A model generated the notes under the pieces. The model was not told the origin of the DNA and did not search any database. It saw nothing but the letters and a program-made list of their open reading frames with translations. DNA of 20,000 nt from IMG/VR virus record IMGVR_UViG_3300042363_000251; one strand, written 5' to 3'. The DNA comes from an uncultured virus (IMG/VR IMGVR_UViG_3300042363_000251). Taxonomy: Duplodnaviria > Heunggongvirae > Uroviricota > Caudoviricetes. Shown piece after piece: positions 16,578 to 20,000 of this stretch (position 1 is the first letter of the stretch; every line of letters begins with the position of its first letter). Both the position numbers and the translations under genes were made by a program.

Positions 16578-16733
16578 TTATATATCCTGACAGCATTGAG
16601 TTTCACATTCCTGGCAACAAGTACACAGAGTTTCACGGTCGTCGGCTATTTCTTCTGCGTAAGGGCAAGTGTGCGGAGACTGGGCTTCTCCTTGTTGGCA
16701 TCGTGAACATAATACTACTTGATCGTCTGACAT
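16578..16733 (-). CDS. 51-aa cysteine-rich protein
   Basis: Not in the ORF track: MSDDQVVLCSRCQQGEAQSPHTCPYAEEIADDRETLCTCCQECETQCCQDI. SD GGGAG; first gene after promoter copy 10. Confidence 0.8.
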   Translation of the reverse strand: MSDDQVVLCSRCQQGEAQSPHTCPYAEEIADDRETLCTCCQECETQCCQDI

Positions 16734-16767
16734 CTTTTTATCTCCCGTTTCATCAATTTATATAACT

Positions 16768-16837
16768 ATTATAGCAGATTTGGGTAAGAAGTCAAGCCTT
16801 TTGATAAAAATAGATTTCTTTAAGAATCAATAACTTA
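16768..16837 (-). promoter_or_regulatory. repeated early promoter, copy 10, with IHF-consensus box
   Basis: TTGACT-N16-TATAAT with TG; AATCAATAACTTA at 16825-16837. Confidence 0.85.
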
Positions 16838-17068
16838 GCTACTGAACCCAGTAAAGTTACCTATGCCATCATGATTCAACTTGGTATTTTCGCCGTCACT
16901 GTCAAAGTATACAATCTGTTTTGTCCCGGTTGCTTGGCCTGACTTAAACAAATACTTGACTACGGCTTCAGCATCATTAGTAATCGTTTTGTAAGTATCC
17001 CAGGGACCTAGATCCCTAAGAACGATTACTTCAGATGAGTTGGACAGGATAGTAAAATTAGCATTCAT
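16835..17068 (-). CDS. hypothetical protein (77 aa)
   Basis: Start reassigned to MNANF at 17068 (SD GAGG); contains TITNDAEAVV and IVYFDSDG. Confidence 0.75.
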   Translation of the reverse strand: MNANFTILSNSSEVIVLRDLGPWDTYKTITNDAEAVVKYLFKSGQATGTKQIVYFDSDGENTKLNHDGIGNFTGFSS

Positions 17069-17489
17069 TGTTTGCCTCGAAAAGTTCCTGAATATCATAC
17101 TGAAAACGGTTGCGCATCTGCTCCAGCTTTTCAGCAGGTACATTATGCACATTAGGAAACTGATTCTGAGCCAAGTATACAACTGGCACAATAAAAAACT
17201 CTTTTGCAAGGTTGAAGTAAGGCTTCAGTTCGCGCTTAGTAGTAAAAGTATTGCTTACTATTACAGTGCGATTCTCTTCCAAAGCTTCACGAGTTTTACG
17301 TAAACACCAACCATGTGCTAAGACCAGTCGCTCGGCATCAAAGTTGTAGTTACCCTGAGCATCCTCAAAGTACATATCGGCTTCGTAGTGTCTTGCCATT
17401 ACGTTGTCTAGCAGATTGCACAAGTTTCTAGCAAGGGTAGTCTTACCCGAGCCGGGGATGCCGCGAACCAAAATAAGATTTTTCATCAT
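17058..17489 (-). CDS. P-loop kinase, AAA_33 / polynucleotide-kinase-like
   Basis: LILVRGIPGSGKTTLA, YEADMYF, AHGWC, VIVSNTFT, HNVP...MRNRF. Confidence 0.85.
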   Translation of the reverse strand: MMKNLILVRGIPGSGKTTLARNLCNLLDNVMARHYEADMYFEDAQGNYNFDAERLVLAHGWCLRKTREALEENRTVIVSNTFTTKRELKPYFNLAKEFFIVPVVYLAQNQFPNVHNVPAEKLEQMRNRFQYDIQELFEANNEC

Positions 17490-17515
17490 TGTTCCTGTTT
17501 GTTTACTATAAAGCT

Positions 17516-17548
17516 ATTATACAGTATTTGGGTATAAAGTCAAGCCTT
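17516..17548 (-). promoter_or_regulatory. repeated early promoter, copy 11
   Basis: TTGACT-N16-TATAAT. Confidence 0.85.
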
Positions 17549-17580
17549 CTTACGAAAAAGAATCTTAGCCTTTTGTCCTC

Positions 17581-17793
17581 TTATTCACTTTTAGGATGCA
17601 AACAGCTAGCGTAGAACATTGTGTATGCCTGTTCGTGTGCGATACGCTCTGCCTGGTAGTCAATAAACTTATCAATGCCCAGTTCAGCCATTTTGTTCCG
17701 AGTCTCAGCATCAAACATAGCATTGTACTGAATCATTATGCCATTTCTTGCCCGCTGGATATGTTCTTGAGTTGGCTTAACTGTATTACCCAT
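17581..17793 (-). CDS. hypothetical protein
   Basis: 70 aa; TAATG overlap with the HD gene. Confidence 0.75.
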   Translation of the reverse strand: MGNTVKPTQEHIQRARNGIMIQYNAMFDAETRNKMAELGIDKFIDYQAERIAHEQAYTMFYASCLHPKSE

Positions 17794-18362
17794 TATACGT
17801 TCTCCATCTTTTCCAGGGCTTGTTGAACACGATGTTCTTGTACGATTCGCTTACCTTCTTTACACAGGGTATGTGCTTGCTTCCACAGTACAGGGTCGCC
17901 GCCATGTTGTAGGACACTCAGCAGTTCCATCTTTTCTTCCAGATAAGTTTCAGCAAAGTTCATATCATATTTGACAATGCTTTGCGTGTTGCTGATCAGG
18001 TCAGCCAGCTTAACAGTTTTAGCAGCAGCAGGTGCTTTAGCAGTGTGCTTGCGATCAATAGTTTTACGCACCTTGCGATTGCCATCTGAGGGCTTGCTAA
18101 CATCTGTCAGGTAGCTAACCAGTTCTGTTATCTCTGTGCCAAACTCTCTTTCAATCTGCTCAATAGTCACCCCAGTATCTTCTACTACATCATGCAGATA
18201 TGCAGCGGCAATTTGAGCATCAGTGCCGCCAGCATCACGCACGATCCCAGCTACTTCAGTGGGGTGAACTATATAGTCCTCACCTGTGTACTTGCGTTTC
18301 TGACCAACAGCGGCATGAGCAGCAGTAGCGAAAACTCTTGCGCGTTCTACGATATTCATCAT
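17793..18362 (-). CDS. HD-domain hydrolase, SpoT/Mesh1 (small alarmone hydrolase)-like
   Basis: AH..GQKRKYTGEDYIVHP.EVA, AAAYLHDVVEDT, V..LTD, VKLADLISN. Confidence 0.85.
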   Translation of the reverse strand: MMNIVERARVFATAAHAAVGQKRKYTGEDYIVHPTEVAGIVRDAGGTDAQIAAAYLHDVVEDTGVTIEQIEREFGTEITELVSYLTDVSKPSDGNRKVRKTIDRKHTAKAPAAAKTVKLADLISNTQSIVKYDMNFAETYLEEKMELLSVLQHGGDPVLWKQAHTLCKEGKRIVQEHRVQQALEKMENV

Positions 18363-18399
18363 TCAACTCCGAAATGTTCTTTAATCAATTTATATAACT

Positions 18400-18432
18400 A
18401 TTATAACAGATTGGGCAAGAATGTCAAACCTT
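18400..18432 (-). promoter_or_regulatory. repeated early promoter, copy 12
   Basis: TTGACA-N16-TATAAT with TG. Confidence 0.85.
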
Positions 18433-18454
18433 TTGTTAAAAATAAAATATGAAC

Positions 18455-18494
18455 AAAATCAATAACTTACCGAACCAGCTAAGTTATTGATTTT
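18455..18494. repeat. 15-bp perfect inverted repeat made of two IHF-consensus boxes
   Basis: AAAATCAATAACTTA-N10-TAAGTTATTGATTTT. Confidence 0.85.
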
Positions 18495-18501
18495 ATTGAG
18501 G

Positions 18502-19053
18502 TTAATGATGACCTTTAATTTGACCCAGTTTAGCGGCAGTGATAGCGTCTTCCATCAGCGTCACGATCTTGCCAGTAGCATCAAAGCCCATGTCTCGGCA
18601 GCGATACTGTTCCATACCAGACACATTACCGTGTAAGTGACCATGAAAGTGGACCGAGCCACGATGCATCTGATCCCATTCGGCGATAGGATAGTGAAAC
18701 ATTACTACCATAGTATCCTGATAGACGATATCATGATACTTGTGAACTTCTTTGAAACATGCTCGGAAAACAGGATCACGCAGGTTTTTCCTATCGTGGT
18801 TGCCCTCAACCAGTATCTTGGTACCGTTTAGTTGACGCATGATCTGTACAGCTTCAGCAGCCGAGCAAAATGCTACGTCACCTAGAATGTATACGATATC
18901 TTCAGGGTTTACAGTCTGATTCCACATTTGGATCATGTCACGATTCATAGTGTCAGGGTCGTTGCGCGTATCCCAATGCCCGCGAGTTTTCGGACAAAAA
19001 GTTGCTATGGACTTGTGTCCAAAATGTAAATCTGAAGTTATATAAGTTTTCAT
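18502..19053 (-). CDS. calcineurin-like metallophosphoesterase
   Basis: SDLHFGH, LGD, GNHD, FHYP, HGHLH. Confidence 0.9.
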   Translation of the reverse strand: MKTYITSDLHFGHKSIATFCPKTRGHWDTRNDPDTMNRDMIQMWNQTVNPEDIVYILGDVAFCSAAEAVQIMRQLNGTKILVEGNHDRKNLRDPVFRACFKEVHKYHDIVYQDTMVVMFHYPIAEWDQMHRGSVHFHGHLHGNVSGMEQYRCRDMGFDATGKIVTLMEDAITAAKLGQIKGHH

Positions 19054-19054
19054 G

Positions 19055-19252
19055 TTACTCTATTTCTGTTACTACTTGAGCAGTAATTACAATTTCACAT
19101 TCTTGATTTCTTGGCAAATCTGCTTTGCAAGTCTCAAGAGCAGTTTTAATTTCTCCGTGCATTGGCATGTTACTAACATCAAAAATTACAGCAAGAAACA
19201 AGCCTGTTACTACTGCACTAATCATAACACCATGTACAAAATCGTTACGCAT
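19055..19252 (-). CDS. small membrane-anchored protein (65 aa)
   Basis: Start reassigned to MRNDF at 19252 (SD GAGGTG); one TM and a Cys pair. Confidence 0.75.
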   Translation of the reverse strand: MRNDFVHGVMISAVVTGLFLAVIFDVSNMPMHGEIKTALETCKADLPRNQECEIVITAQVVTEIE

Positions 19253-19286
19253 TTTAATCACCTCTTTGTTGTCTATATATAGTGCT

Positions 19287-19346
19287 AGTATATACGATTT
19301 GAATAAAATGTCAAGCCTTAATTTAACTAATAAAATCAACAACTTA
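19287..19346 (-). promoter_or_regulatory. repeated early promoter, copy 13, with IHF-consensus box
   Basis: TTGACA-N16-TATACT; AATCAACAACTTA at 19334-19346. Confidence 0.8.
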
Positions 19347-19394
19347 CATATAACTCATCGTAATATATACATATTTTGTAATTTCGGGTAAACA

Positions 19395-19401
19395 CTAAAT
19401 A
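19395..19401 (+). promoter_or_regulatory. T4-type late promoter-like motif
   Basis: CTAAATA upstream of the plus-strand gene at 19453. Confidence 0.45.
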
Positions 19402-19452
19402 TTACTACAATAATAACAATAGCTAGTCTTTAAGATATAGCCGGAGAATAAA

Positions 19453-20000
19453 ATGAGCACACTAAAAATAATAACAAGTGCCATAGTATTCTGTGTTTTT
19501 AGTATGCCTGTATTTGGACAGGATACTACGACCATAAATACTACTAACGCAACTACAACCACAACCAATAACACCAATAACAATGTTATTACTAGTGATA
19601 ATACCAATACCAATGTAAACACCAGTACTGCTACAAACAATAATAATAATGTAAGTACTAGTGACAGTACCAATCTGAATACTAATATAAACACTAGTAC
19701 CAGTACTGCAACAAACAATAATAATAATGTTAGCACGAGTGACAGTACCAACTTGAATACTAATATAAACACCAGCACCGCTACCAATAATAATAATAAC
19801 GTTAATACAAGCACCAACGTAAACACAAATACATCTGTAAATACTAATAACAATACAAACAATAGTGTAAGTGCAAACACCAATAACAATATAAACACCA
19901 GTACTAGCACTGCTACCAATAATAATATAAACACAAGCACATCGGTTAACACGAACAATAATAACAACGTTAGCGTCAGTGATAATACAAATTTAAATAC
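19453..20000 (+). CDS. secreted Asn/Thr/Ser-rich repeat protein, 5' part only; runs off the window
   Basis: SD GGAGA; signal peptide MSTLKIITSAIVFCVFSMPVFG-QD, then repeats such as NTSTATNNNNNVSTSDSTNLNTNI. The frame is open to the window end. Confidence 0.85.
   Translation, partial: MSTLKIITSAIVFCVFSMPVFGQDTTTINTTNATTTTTNNTNNNVITSDNTNTNVNTSTATNNNNNVSTSDSTNLNTNINTSTSTATNNNNNVSTSDSTNLNTNINTSTATNNNNNVNTSTNVNTNTSVNTNNNTNNSVSANTNNNINTSTSTATNNNINTSTSVNTNNNNNVSVSDNTNLN

Noticed and set aside
16577..16636. N-terminal extension of the RNA ligase in the ORF track
   Set aside because: It overlaps the better-supported Cys-rich ORF; the ATG at 16576 follows that ORF's stop.
7370..16837. Integron attC cassette array
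   Set aside because: There is no RYYYAAC...GTTRRRY paired structure and no integrase in the window; only the architecture is analogous.
17069..17209. Long N-terminal extension of ORF 16835..17209
   Set aside because: It lies inside the kinase gene; the SD-led ATG at 17068 is more plausible.
6766..19320. Recurrent ~33-bp repeat as a CRISPR array
   Set aside because: The intervals are 0.2-3.3 kb of intact genes, the repeat is a -35/-10 promoter, and there are no cas genes.
247..19391. Other plus-strand and nested ORFs in the track (e.g. 2944..3198, 3020..3343, 8185..8559, 11142..11420, 11617..11940, 18192..18452)
   Set aside because: They lie largely or wholly within well-supported genes and have no SD or recognisable motifs.
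19395..19967. 190-aa hydrophobic Leu/Val ORF on the minus strand
   Set aside because: It is the antisense shadow of the Asn/Thr repeat gene, which has an SD and a signal peptide.
1..20000. tRNA/rRNA genes, introns, active inteins or stop-codon reassignment
   Set aside because: No cloverleaf or intron-like gaps were seen, the conserved genes are uninterrupted, and TAA, TGA and TAG all act as stops.

Overview
This window looks like part of a large T4-related (myovirus/jumbo-like) phage genome read in the standard genetic code, and almost all genes are on the minus strand. Positions 1-5450 are an AT-rich replication/recombination block: a partial DEDD exonuclease, four tandem small paralogues (three ending in LRWE), a C2H2-finger protein, a gp62-like clamp-loader subunit and a UvsW-like helicase. 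Positions ~5450-19350 are an accessory region built from short modules. Each module is headed by a near-identical sigma70-type promoter (AAGGCTTGAC-N-TATAAT; 13 copies, 12 with a 16-nt spacer). Many are preceded at a fixed distance by an IHF-consensus box whose last triplet is often the stop codon of the upstream gene. The cargo includes an AAA+ ATPase, a ParB/DGQH plus GIY-YIG-like pair, rIIA/rIIB, a lipoprotein, an Rnl1-type RNA ligase, a Pnk-like kinase, a Mesh1/SpoT-like HD hydrolase, a metallophosphoesterase and many small orphans. At 19453 a plus-strand gene behind a late-type promoter begins, encoding a secreted Asn/Thr/Ser repeat protein. All product calls come from motif recognition by eye; no searches were run.
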